Shown one piece after another: positions 11,501-23,815 of a DNA stretch of 64,000 nt. The stretch comes from Mobula hypostoma. Taxonomy: Eukaryota. Made by a program: the position numbers and the translations under genes. The notes under the pieces were generated by a model. That model made no database searches. It saw nothing but the letters and a program-made list of their open reading frames with translations, and was not told the origin of the DNA. Position 1 is the first letter of the stretch, and each line of letters begins with the position of its first letter. The stretch covers positions 253,396,001-253,460,000 of the forward strand of contig NC_086097.1 of the NCBI RefSeq assembly GCF_963921235.1, read 5' to 3'.

Positions 11501-12654
11501 GCAACACACATCAAAGTTGCTGGTGAACGCAGCAGGCCAGGCAGCATCTGTAGGAAGAGGTACAGTCGACGTTTCAGGCCGAGACCCTTCGTCAGGACTA
11601 ACTGAAGGAAGATTGAGTAAGGGATTTGAAAGTTGGAGGGGGAGGGGGAGGGGGAGATCCAAAATTATAGGAGAAGACAGGACGGGGAGGGATAGAGCCG
11701 AGAGCTGGACAGGTGATAGGCAAAAGGGGACACAAGAGGATCATGGGACAGGAGGTACGGGAAGAAAGACGGGGGGGGGGACACCCAGAGGATGGGCAAG
11801 AGGTATATTCAGAGGGACAGAGGGAGAAAAAGGAGAGTGAGAGAAAGAATGTGTGCATAAAAATAAGTAACAGATGGGGTACGAGGGGGAGGTGGGGCCT
11901 TAGCGGAAGTTAGAGAAGTCAATGTTCATGCCATCAGGTTGGCAGCTACCCAGACGGAATATAAGGTGTTGTTCGTCCAACCTGAGTGTGGCTTCATCTT
12001 TACAGTAGAGGAGGCCATGGATAGACATATCAGAATGGGAATGGGATGTGGAATTAAAATGTGTGGCCACCGGGAGATCCTGCTTTCTCTGGCGGACAGA
12101 GCGTAGATGTTCAGCAAAGCGGTCTCCCAGTCTGCGTCGGGTCTCGCCAATATATAAAGGCCACATCGGGAGCACCTGACGCAGTATATCACCCCAGTCG
12201 ACTCACAGGTGAAGTGTTGCCTCACCTGGAAGGACTGTTTGGAGCCCTGAATGGTGGTAAGGGAGAAAGTGTAAGGGCATGTGTAGCACTTGTTCCGCTT
12301 ACACAGATAAGTGCCAGGAGGGAGATCAGTGGGGAGGGATGGGGGGGACGAATGGACAAGGGAGTTGTGTAGGGAGCGATCCCTGCGGAATGCAGAGAGA
12401 TGGGGGGAGGGAGGGTGCTTAGTGGTGGGATCCTGTTGGAGGTGGTGGAAGTTACGGAGAATAATATGTTGGACCCGGAGGCTGGTGGGGTGGTAGGTGA
12501 GGACCAGGGGAAGCCTATTCCTTGTGGGGTGGCGGGAGGATGGAGTGAGAGCAGATGTACGTGAAATGGGGGAGATGCGTTTAAGAGCAGAGTTGATAGT
12601 GGAGGAAGGGAAGCCCCTTTCTTTAAAAAAGGAAGACTTCTCCCTCGTCCTAGA
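11501..12654 (-). mobile_element. Penelope-like element, 5'-truncated (GIY-YIG endonuclease plus 3' region with hammerhead motif)
   Basis: FTCESTGVIYCVRCSRCG..YIGETRRRLGDRFAEH...GMNIDFSNFR*. Flanking duplication GCCTATAGTTGC at 11491-11502 and 12657-12668. Confidence 0.88.
11564..11599 (-). ncRNA. Minimal type-I hammerhead ribozyme motif (intact core)
   Basis: Minus strand: AGTC CTGACGA A GGGT-CTCG-GCCT GAA ACGT C GACT. Confidence 0.8.
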
Positions 12655-13374
12655 CAGCCTATAGTTGCCCGTCTTTTACCTATATCCTTTTTTAAAAAGT
12701 GGCATGACATTTGCTGTCTTCCAATCTGCCAGGACCTGCCCAGAGTCCAGAGAATTTTGGTACATGATTACCAACGCATCTACTATAACCTCTGCCAATT
12801 CCCTCAGCACCCTGGGATGCATCCCATCAGGACCAGGGAACTTACCTACCTTCAGGCCCTCTAGTTTGCTCATCACTATCTCTTTAGTGACAGTGATTTT
12901 ATCAAGGTCCTCACCTCCCATTTCGTCCATAACATCCTTCTTTGGCATATTAGACATGTCCTCCACCGTGAAGACCGACACAAAATAGTCGTTCAATGCC
13001 TCAGGCATTTCCTTATCACCCAATATCAATTTCCCCTTATCGTCTTCCAAGGGACCTACGTTGACTTTAGCCACCCTCTTCTGCTTGATATATTTATAAA
13101 AACTTTTGCAATCTGTTTTTATATTTTGCGCTAATTTACTTTCATTATCTATTTTCCCTTTCCTTATTTCTTGTTGAGTTGTTCTTTGTTGCTTTTTAAA
13201 GTTTTCCCAATCCTCCAGTCTCCCACTACTCTTTGAAACTTTGTACACCTGAGCTTTCAATTTGATATTATCTTTTATTTCCTTAGCTATCCAAGGCTGG
13301 CTCTCCCCACACTCACTGTCCTTACTTTTGAGCACTGTGAAAAATCTCTTTGAAAATATTCCACTGTTCCTCAA

Positions 13375-14424
13375 CAGTGGATGCTTCCCTGGTGTCATGG
13401 ATTCTTGATTACCTGACTGTCAGACCACAGTACGTGTGCTTGCAACACTGTGTGTCCGACAGAGTGATCAGCAGCACTGGGGCTCCACAGGGGACTGTCT
13501 TGTCTCCCTTTCTCTTCACCATTTACACCTCGGACTTCAACTACTGCACGGAGTCTTGTCATCTTCAGAAGTTTTCTGATGACTCTGCCATAGTTGGATG
13601 CATCAGCAAGGGAGATGAGGCTGAGTACAGGGCTACGGTAGGAAACTTTGTCACACGGTGTGAGCAGAATTATCTGCAGCTTAATGTGAAAAGGACTAAG
13701 GAGCTGGTGGTAGACCTGAGGAGAGCTAAGGTACCGGTGACCCCTGTTTCCATCCAGGGGGTCAGTGTGGACATGGTGGAGGATTACAAATACCTGGGGA
13801 TACGAATTGACAATAAACTGGACTGGTCAAGGAACACTGAGGCTGTCTACAAGAAGGGTCAGAGCCATCTCTATTTCCTGAGGAGACTGAGGTCCTTTAA
13901 CATCTGCCGGATGATGCTGAGGATGCTCTACGAGTCTGTGGTGGCCAGTGCTATCATGTTTGCTGTTGTGTGCTGGGGCAGCAGGTTGAGGGTAGCAGAC
14001 ACCAACAGAATCAACAAACTCATTCGTAAGGCCAGTGATGTTGTGGGGATGGAACTGGACTCTCTGACGGTGGTGTCTGAAAAGAGGATGCTGTCCAAGT
14101 TGCATGTCATCTTGGTCAATGTCTCCCATCCACTACATAATGTACTGGGTGGGCACAGGAGTACATTCAGCCAGAGACTCATTCCACCGAGATGCAGCAC
14201 AGAGCGTCATAGGAAGTCATTCCTGCCTGTGGCCATCAAACTTTACAACTCCTCCCTTGGAGGGTCAGACACCCTGAGCCGATAGGCTGGTCCTGGACTT
14301 ATTTCCTGGCATAATTTACATATTACTATTTAACTATTTATAGTTTTATTACTATTTATTATTTACAGTGCAACTGTAACAAAAACCAATTTCCCCCCGA
14401 ATCAATAAAGTATGACTATGACTA
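13375..14424 (+). mobile_element. Rex1/Babar-type LINE, 5'-truncated, open 311-aa RT frame
   Basis: GAPQGTVLSPFLFTIYTSD...QKFSDDSAIVG...NYLQLNVKRTKELVVD; 3' end atcaataaagtatgactatgacta. Confidence 0.88.
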
Positions 14425-15149
14425 ACTGTCCTACCAAATAGCCTGTGCTCCCAATCCACATTAGCCAACTCCTCCCTCATGCTGTTGTCATCTCCCTTGT
14501 TCAAGCATAATACACTAGTTTTAGATCTAACTATTTCATCCTCCATCCGTATCTGAAATTCAGTCACACTATGATCACTCTTTCCAAGAGGATCCCTGAC
14601 TACAAGATCGTTAATCTTACATAGAAACATAGAAAATAGGTGCAGGAGTAGGCCCTTTGGCCCTTCGAGCCTGCACCGCCATTCAGTATGATCATGGCTG
14701 CTCATCCAACTCAGAACCCTGTACCAGCCTTCCCTCCATACTCCCTGATCCCTTTAGCCACAAGGGCCATATCTAACTCCTTCTTAAATATAGCCAATGA
14801 ACTGTCTCATTGCACAGGACCAGATCTAAGATAGCATGTTCCCTTGTAGGTTCACTAACATGCTGCTCAATAAAGCCATCAACGATGCATTCTATGAAGT
14901 CCTCCTCAAGATTTCCTTGACCAACCTGATCCACCCAATCTACGTGGAAGTTAAAATTCCCCATGACAACTGCCGTTCCGTTCTTACGAGCCTCAGTTAT
15001 TTCTTGGTTAATTGTCTCTGCCACTACAACATTTCAGAAGTTTCTCCAGATGTTCCTCCGTGCTTCTCACGTCTGTCTCCATCAAATCAGGATTGTGCAC
15101 GGTACCTACTTACAAATATGATATCATTTCGGAGCGGCCAACATCTTCT

Positions 15150-17055
15150 CCTCCCCTCTGTAGTTACAGTGAAGTAAAGGAAACTACAGAGGCATGAGAA
15201 AGGAGTTGGACAGAATTGATTGGAAAAGAACACTGGCAGGGATGATGGCAGAGCAGCAATGGCTGGAATTTCTGGAAGGCAACAGGATATATACATCCCA
15301 AAGAGGAAGAAGTATTCTAAAGGCAAGATGACACAACCGTAGCTAACAAGAAAATTCAAAGCCAACATAAAAGCCAAAGGGAGGGTATGTAATAGAGCAA
15401 AAATTAGTCGGAAGTTCGAGGATTGTGAAGCTTTTAAAAACTTGTGAAAGTTCCAGGTGTCAGTGGTTCTTGGGAAACTGTAAGTTCTGAGGTAGACAAG
15501 TCACCTGGACCAGAGTATGTACACCCCAGGGTTCTGAAAGAGGTGGCTGAGAAGATTGTGGATGCACTAATAATGATCTTTCAAGAATCAGTAGATTCTG
15601 GAATGGTTTCAGAAGACTGGAAAATTGCAAATGTCACTTCACTCTGCAAGAAGGGAGGGAGGCAGAAGAAAGGAAACTATAGGCCAGTTAGTCTGACCTC
15701 AGTGGTTGGGAAGATGTTGAAGTCGATTGTTAAGAATGAGGTCTCAGGGTACTTGGAGGCACATGGTAAACATAGGTCATAGTCAGCATGGTTTCCTCAA
15801 GGGAAAATCTTACCTGACAAGCCTATTGGAATTTTTAAAAAAATAACAAGCAGGATAGACAAAGGAGAATTGGTTGATGTTATGTATTTGGATTTTCAGA
15901 AGCTTGACAAGGCGCCACACATGAGGTTGCATAATAAATTACGAGCCCAGGGTATTACAGGAGATTCTAGCATGGATAAATCAGTGGCTGATTGGCAGGA
16001 GGCAAAGAGTGGAAATAAAGGGAGCCTTTTCTAGTTGGCTGCTGGCGACTAGTGTTGTTCCACTGGGGTCTGTGTTAGGACCGATTCCTTTTACGTTATA
16101 TATCAATGATTTGGATGATGGAATTGATGGCTTTGTAGCAAATTTTGCAGACGATATGAAGATAGGTGGAGGGACAAGTAATTTCGAGAAAGAAGAGAGG
16201 CTACAGTGAAACTTATGACAGATTAAGACAGATTGGGCAAAGAAATGGCAGATGGAATAGAACGTCAGGAAGTGTATGGTCATGCACTTTTATAGAAGAA
16301 ATGAAAGGGTTGACTATTTTCTAAATGGAGAGGAAACCCAAAAAAAAATAAAGCACAAAAGGACTTTTGTGCAGGTTTCCCTAAAGGTTAATTTGCAGGT
16401 TGAGTACATGGTGAGCAAAACAAAGTTAGCATTCATTTCAAGAAGACTAGAATTTTAATGCCAGGATGTAAAGTTGAAACTTTATAAAGCACTCTTGAGG
16501 CCTGACTTGGAGTGTTGTGAACAGGTTTGGACCCCTTATCTCAGGAAGGCTGTGCTGAAAATGGAGAGGGTTCAAAGAAGGTTCACGAAAATTATTCCTG
16601 AATTGAATGGCTTGTCATATGAAGAGCTTTTGATGGCTCTGGGTCTGTATTCACTCAAATTGAGGAGAATGAGGGGTGACCTCATTGAAACCTATCGAAT
16701 GTTTAAAGGCCTTGATCGAGTCAATGTGGATAAGATGTCTCCTAAGATAGGAGAGTCTAAGACCAGAGTACACAGCATCAGAATGGGGCGGCGGGGGGGA
16801 TGTCCTTCTAGAACAGAGATGAGGAGGAATTTCTGTAGCCAGAGAGTGATGAATCTGCGAATTCTTCGCCACAGGCAGCTGTGGAGACTAATTCTTTTTG
16901 TATATTTATGCAAAAGTTTGACATATTCTTGATTGGTCAGGGTATAAAGTGATACAATGAGAAGGCAGGAGATTGGGGCTGAGACGAGAATTGAATCAGC
17001 CATGATGAAATGGTGGAGCAGACTCGATGGGCCCAGTGGCCTAATTCTGCTCCAG
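15150..17055 (+). mobile_element. CR1 LINE ORF2 fragment (degenerate)
   Basis: [25 protein letters not shown] and NFADD motifs; CR1 3' end. Confidence 0.88.
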
Positions 17056-17491
17056 TATCAAGGTTTTATATCTGCACCGTGGATGTTCCCAAGGCCGGCT
17101 GCAAAGGTAGGAGTGTTAGACATAGAGGTAACAATGCCATTCCCTAAAAACCGACAGACTAGATGGGCTGAAGGGCCTGTTTCTGTGCTGCAGTGTTCTA
17201 CAGCTCCATAATGTGAAAGACGGGCACAGGACAAAGAAGTCTGGTGAGCTGCTGTCGGCAGCCTGTGCCCCAGTAGGGCTGATGGGCTGAGGCTTGTAAG
17301 CCGGCTAAAAGTCCATCTCCCGTATCTCCAGACACTTGCAGACCTCTTTTGAAATGTGTTCATCTGTACCTATCAGTTCCCAGTGCTCCCAGTCCCATCC
17401 AATCTGACCAAGGCCCTGCGTATTCCGGAAAATACTTCCAAGAATGTACTAATTCAGTTCTCTCTATGCATCTCCCAATCCCATTCTTTAC

Positions 17492-17681
17492 CTCTTTTGC
17501 AGATTCTCTATGTTCTCGGTTAGAACGAAGGGATTTCGAGTCAGGAAAGCTCCGAGAAAATCCTTTTCAACTCCCACATCTTTCAGGAACAGAAGTCGCT
17601 CTTTCACATCCCTGTCAAAATCTAGCCGCAACAGCATGTTGGCCACATTTGGTCGCCGTTCTAGTTTAGACAGATCTACAC
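17492..17681 (-). CDS. MTERF3: MTERF3 coding exon 3 (190 bp)
   Basis: ttccag|GT...AG|gtaaag. Translates [64 protein letters not shown] (mTERF repeats). Confidence 0.95.
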
Positions 17682-17739
17682 CTGGAATTGTAAATACATA
17701 ACAGTAAAATTGTGATAATTCATTATTAACACATTGCTG

Positions 17740-18430
17740 AACATAGAATAGTACAGCACAGCACAGGCCCTTCGGCCTACAATGTTGTGCCGACCCTCAA
17801 ACCCTGCCTCCCATATAACCCACCACCTTAAATTCCTCCATATACCTGTCCAGTAGTCTCTTAAACTTCACTAGTGTATCTGCCTCCACCACTGACTCAG
17901 GCAGTGCATTCCACGCACCAACCACTCTCTGAGTAAAAAACCTTCCTCTAATATCCCCCTTGAACTTCCCACCCCTTACCTTAAAGCCATGTCCTCTTGT
18001 ATTGAGCAGTGGTGCCCTGGGGAAGAGGCGCTGGCTATCCACTCTATCTATTCCTCTTAATACCTTGTATACCTCTATCATGTCTCCTCTCATCCTCCTT
18101 CTCTCCAAAGAGTAAAGCCCTAGCTCCCTTAATCTCTGATCATAATCCATACTCTCTAAACCAGGCAGCATTCTGGTAAATCTCCTCTGTACCCTTTCCA
18201 ATGCTTCCACATCCTTCCTATAGTGAGGTGACCAGAACTGGCCACAGTACTCCAAGTGTGGCCTAACCAGAGTTTTATAGAGCTGCATCATTACATCGCG
18301 ACTCTTAAACTCTATCCCTCAACTTATGAAAGCTAACACCCCATAAGCTTTCTTAACTACCCTATCCACCTGTGAGGCAACTTTCAGGGATCTGTGGACA
18401 TGTACCCCGAGATCCCTCTGCTCCTCCACA
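17740..18430 (-). mobile_element. CR1 3' fragment (young, open 164-aa frame)
   Basis: LYKTLVRPHLEYCGQFWSPHYRKDVEALERVQRRFTRMLPG...; 3' end intact. Confidence 0.9.
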
Positions 18431-18520
18431 GATTCTGAGAGGCACATCCTGACCACAGAGGCCTAACAACCATTTTTGGCTTTATTAGGCATTGGTCAGA
18501 CTGCACTTGGAGTATTGTGA

Positions 18521-19017
18521 GCAGACATCCCACCCTGCAAAAAACTGATTTCAGGGAGGTAGCACCATCAATTTGCGGGAGACTTCCAGGAGAGATGGGA
18601 TGTCTGCAATAGAGTAGCTCCTTAGCAGCTAGCCAGCTAGTTTAAATAACGTTAGCTATGCTAATGAACGAATGATACCTGTTAAACTCACCTCAACATG
18701 TCTTTTACATTTTAACCCACCATGGGCAATAGAAAAGTCACTGTTGCAAACAGAGCAGCGAGCAACACTGTCATTATTTTTGACCCCTATTAGGTAGGGG
18801 TACACTTAAGGGTAGTCTGGGGTGACGTACGTTTTATATTTTCTTTTTTTTTGGAACACTCTCCCATGGCGTGGTCTCGCTTGCTTTCTCTCTCGTGTTC
18901 TCGCTCGCTCTCAAAAAAATTGATTTCCGTGATATTGTATATAATTTGCGGTCATCAGGGAGCCACTATTCATATGTGGGAGACTACCGGAACTTCCAGG
19001 AGAGGTGGGATGTCAGC
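18521..19017. mobile_element. MITE-like element with terminal inverted repeats, inserted in a CR1 fragment (18480-19500)
   Basis: GCAGACATCCCACC (18521) versus GGTGGGATGTCAGC (19004-19017). The host CR1 (gagtattgtgagcag / ctttgggctcc) resumes after it. Confidence 0.6.
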
Positions 19018-20044
19018 AAGCAGCTTTGGGCTCCTTATCATTTGCTGGCATTGGAAAGAGTCCAGAGGGTCAAGAATTATTTCAGCAATGAAAGGGGTGT
19101 TTGATGGGGTGGGCAAGTACTCACTGGAGATTAGAAGAATGGGGGAGGGATTTGAAACCTATCGAATATTGAAAGGCCTGGATGGAGTGGACATGGAGAG
19201 GATATTTCTTATAGTGGGGGAGCTTACAACAGAAGGCACAGACTCAGAACACAAGGACATTGCTTTTGAAAGGAGATGAGGTGAAATTTCTTCAGCCAGA
19301 GGGTGTTGAATCTGTGGAATTCACTGCCACAGACGGCTGTGCAGGCCAAGTCACTGGGTATATTTGAAGTGGAGGTTGATAGGGTTTAGATGAGGCAGGG
19401 TGTGAAAGGTTACAGGGAGAAGGCAGGAGAATGGAGTTGAGTGGGATAATAAATCAGCCCTGATGCAGTGGGCCCAGTCGCCTAATTCTGCTCCTACATC
19501 TTACACACACAAGTAGGAAGAGAAGGAAGCATTGTTTTTACAAGGAAAGCAGAAAGTAACACAAGGGTGAAAAAAATAATCACTTCCACTTCTCAGGTGC
19601 CTCAAAGTAAACGGAGAATATTGTCGGCCCTTTATAAAGACAATTTTAGACGGACATGTTATAATAATGCAAAATGTAATAAAAACTATTTGAATATTCT
19701 TAACAAGGCTACCTACAACTGCAGTATGGTGTCAAACTTTACGCCTTTCACACAGGGTGAGATTTCAAACACCTGAAGCTACTTCAAACAAATGCCTATT
19801 AATATAAACATGGTTATAAATCAACAGATACCAGGATAGGAATGCAGAGCAAGGTGGGTTTTTGTTGAGAAAGCCTTAGATTTTGGAGAAATTTGATTTA
19901 AGTATTAAAAGTTACGCAGGCTATCTGCGCTTTATATATTGGCAGAAAACAAAATACTCAGGACTCAATCAGTAAAAGATTTTTCTTCTCGTTCAGAGTT
20001 AAACTCTGAATCAAATTGCCAGTTTGTATGAGGAGGTCAAGTTC

Positions 20045-23000
20045 ATGTTTGATTCCTGGATCACTGGGGCCTCTTCTGGGGGAGGTAGGACTTGTACGAA
20101 AAGGGCGGGTTACACCTGAACCCAAAGTGGTCCAATATCCTAGCGGGCACATTTAATAGAGCTGTTAAGGAGGGTTTAAACTAATCTGGTAGGAAATGGA
20201 AACCAGAGTGATAGGGCTGAGGAAGGGGAAAACAGAAATAAATCAAAGATAGTGTGCAACAGAGATGAAAGAAAGGACAGGCAGGAGATGAGACTTAATC
20301 AAAGCCAGTGGGATGAGTTACAGGGCAATAGAGGTGTGGTGCAGTTAAAACAGAAAGCAACAAATACTGGACTGAAAGTGTTATATTTGAATGCACGCAG
20401 CATAAGAAATAAAATGGACGATCTTGAAATTCAGCTACAGATTGGCAAGTATGATGTTGTGGCCATCTCTGAAACTCGGCTAAAGGATGGCTGCCATTGG
20501 GAGCTGAACGTCCAAGGATATACGGCGTATCGGAAAGATAGGTTAGTAGACAGAGGGGGTGGTGTGGCCCTGTGTATAAGAAATAATATTAAATCATTAG
20601 AAAGAGATGACATAGGATTGGAAGGTGTAGAGTCTCTATGGGTTGAGTTAAGAAATAGCAAGGGTAAAAGGACCCTAATGGCAGTTGTATACAGGCCTCC
20701 AAACAGCAGCCAGCATGTGGATTACAAATTACAGCAGGAGAAAGAAAAGGCGTGTCAGAAGGGCAATGTCATGATAATCGTTGGGGATCTTAACATGAAA
20801 GTCATGAAACCAAGTCAGTACTGGACCTCAGGAGAGAATTTGTAGAATGTCTAAGGGATGGCTTTTTACAACAGCTTGTTGTTGAGCCCACTAGGGGATC
20901 GGCTGTGCTGGATTGGGTGTTGTGCAATATTCTGGAGGTGATAAGAGAGCCTCCTTAGGGAACCCTTAGGGAACAGTGATCACAATATAATCGAGTTCAC
21001 TTTGAAATTTGAGAGGGAAAAAGTAAATTCCAGTGTGTTGGTATTTCAGTGGAATAAAGGAAATTACAATGGCATGAGAGGGGAACTGGCCAAGGTTCAT
21101 TGGGAAGGGACACTAGTAGGAAGGACAGCAGAGCAGCAATGACTGGAGTTTCTGCGAAAAATGAGGGAAGTGCAAGACAGATATATTCCAAATAAGAAGA
21201 AATTTTCAAAGGGAAGAAGGACACTACCGTGGCTGACAAGCAAAGTCAGAGCCAAAGTAAAAGAGAGGGCATACAAGGAAGCCAGAGCTAGTGGGAAGAT
21301 AGAAGATTGGGGAGCTTTTAAAAACTTGCAGAAGGAAACTAAGAAGGTCATTAGGACGGAAAAGATAAATTATGAAAGGAAGCTGGCAACCAATATCAAA
21401 AAAGATACTAAGAGCTTTTTTTAAGTATATAAAGGGTAAAAGAGAGTCAAGGGTAGATATAGGACTAATACAAAATGACGCTGGAGATATTGTAATGAGA
21501 GATGCAGAAATGGCAGAGGAACTTCATGTGTAGTACCTGTTAGCCTGACATCAGTGGTTGGGAAATTGTTGGAATCAATTGTTAGGGATGAGATTACGGA
21601 GTACCTGGAGGCAAATGACAAGATAGGCCAAAGCCAGCATGGTTTCCTGAAAGGAAAATCCCGCCTGACAAACCTACTGCAATTCTTTGAGGAAATTACA
21701 GGCAGGGTAGATAAGGGAGATGGAATGGATGTGGTGTACTTGGATCTTCAGAAGGCCTTTGATAAGGTGCCACACATGAGGCTACTTAACAAGATAAGAG
21801 CCCATGGAATTACAGGGAAGTTACTAGCATTGGCTGGTCAGCAGAAAACAGAGAGTGGGAATAAAGGGATCCTATTCTGGCTGGCTGCCGGTTACCAGTG
21901 GAGCTCCACAGGGGTCGGTTTTGGGATCGCTGCTTTTTATGATATGACAAATGATTTGTACTATGGTATTAATGGATGTTGTCATTTAAAGTTTTAAGTT
22001 AAATTGGATAGATATATGGATAGGAAAGGAATGGAGGATTATGGGCTGAGTGCAGGTCGCTGGGACTAGGTGAGAGTAAGAGTTCGGCACGGACTAGAAG
22101 GGCCGAGATGGCCTGTTTCTGTGCTGTAATTGTTATATGTAAACACAAAATAATCTGCAGATGCTGGGGTCAAAGCAACACTCACAACACACTGGAGGAA
22201 TTCAGCAGGTCGGGCCGCATCAGTGGAAACGACCAGTCGATGTTTCGGGCCGAGACCCTTCGTCAGGACTGAAGAGGGAGGGGGCAGAGGCCCTATAAAG
22301 AAGGTGGGGGGAGGGTGGGAAGGAGAAGGCTGGTAGGTTCCAGGTGAAAAACCAGTAAGGGGAAAGATAAAGGGGCGGGGGAGGGGATAGGCAGGAAAGG
22401 TGAAGGAGGAATAGGGGAAAACACAATGGGTAGTAGAAGGAGGTGGAACCATGAGGGAGGTGATAGGCAGCTGGGGGAGGGGGCGGAGTGACATAGGGAT
22501 AGGGGAAGGGAGGGGGGAGGGAATTACCGGAAGTTGGAGAATTCTATGTTCATACCACGGGGCTGGAGGCTACCTGGACAGTATGGTTCCGCCTCCTTCT
22601 ACTACCCATTGTGTTTTCCCCTATTCTTTCTTCACCTTTCCTGCCTATCACCTCCCTGCTTCCCCTCCCCCACCCCTTTATCTTTCCCCTTACTGGTTTT
22701 TCACCTGGAACTGACCAGCCTTCTCCTTCCCACCCTCCCCCCACCTTCTTTATAGGGCCTCTGCCCCTTCCCTCTTCAGTCCTGACGAAGGGTTCCGGCC
22801 CGAAATGTCAACTGATCGTTTCCACGGATGCTGCCCGACCTGCTGAGTTCCTCCAGCGTGTTGTGAGTGTTGCATATGGTTATATGGTTGTGGCTAAATT
22901 TGCCAATGATACAAAGATAGATGGAGAAGCAGTTAGTATTGAAAAAACAGAGAGCCTGCAGAAAAACTTAGATAGTTTAGGGGAATGGGCAATGAAGTGG

Positions 23001-23815
23001 CAAATAAAATGCAATGTTGTAGAGTGTATGGTCATGCACTTTGGTGGAAGAAGTAAGTGGGCAGACTATTACTTAGATGGGGAAAAAAATTCAAAATGCA
23101 ATGATGCAAAGGGACTGGGGAGTCCTTGTGCAAGGCTAACCTCCAGATTGAGTCAGTGGTGAAGAAGGCGAATGCAATGTTGGCATTCACTTCTAGAGGT
23201 ATAGAATATAAGAGCAGGGATGTGATGTTGAGGCTTTATAAGGCACTCGTGAGACCACACTTGAGTATTATATGCAGTTTTGGGCTCCTTACTTTAGAAA
23301 GGATTTACTGACATTGGAGAGGGTTCAGAGAAGATTCATGAGAATGATTCCAGGAATGAAAGGGTTACCGTATGAGGAATGTCTGGCAGCTCTTGGGCTG
23401 TATTCCCTGGAGCTCAGGAGAATGAGGGGGGAATCTCATAGAAAGATTCCAAATGTTAAAAGTCCTGAACAGATTAGATATGGCAAAGTTATTTCCCATG
23501 GTAGGGGATTCTAGGACAAGAGAGCACAACTTCAGGATTGAAGGACGTCCATTTAGAACTGAGATGCAGAGAAATTACTTTAGTCAGAAGGTGGTAAATC
23601 TGTGGAATTTGTTGCCACGAGTGGCTGTGGAGGCCAAGTCATTGGGTATACTTAAGGCAGAGATAGATAGGTTCTTGATTAGCCAGGACATCAAAGTGTA
23701 TGGGGAGAAGGCAGGGGAGTGGGGAGGACTGGAAGATTTGGATCAGCCTGTGATTGAATGGCGGAGCAGACTTGATGGGCCGAATGGCCTACTTCTGCTC
23801 CTATATCTTATGGTT
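20045..23815 (+). mobile_element. CR1 LINE composite: ORF1 SGNH-esterase remnant, AP endonuclease and RT, with internal deletion and nested insertions
   Basis: FLDHWGLFWGR.DLYEKGGLHLN (ORF1); LYLNARSIRNK..YDVVAISETRL..VYRPPNS (APE); RT motifs 21540-23700. Confidence 0.85.
22143..22873. mobile_element. Penelope-like 3' end with inverted duplication (two hammerhead motifs on opposite strands)
   Basis: Arms 22175-22452 and 22583-22873 are reverse complements. The spacer encodes ...GSLQPRGMNIEFSNFR* on the minus strand. Motifs at 22235-22270 (-) and 22778-22813 (+). Confidence 0.85.

Larger units (their letters stand above)
10094..15020 (-). mobile_element. CR1 LINE ORF2 (endonuclease C-terminal part to 3' end), split by three younger insertions
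   Basis: Minus-strand ORFs 14773-15024, 12676-13398, 10922-11498, 10445-10921 and 10252-10461 are collinear CR1 ORF2 pieces; (AACATAAG)n tail at ~10094. Confidence 0.88.

Noticed and set aside
10922..11662. 246-aa ORF as a novel fusion RT
   Set aside because: Chance read-through from the PLE 3' non-coding region into the interrupted CR1 RT frame.
19567..19776. 69-aa ORF with AG/GT-like boundaries in non-repetitive intronic DNA
   Set aside because: No recognisable homology, antisense to MTERF3, and no partner exons identified.
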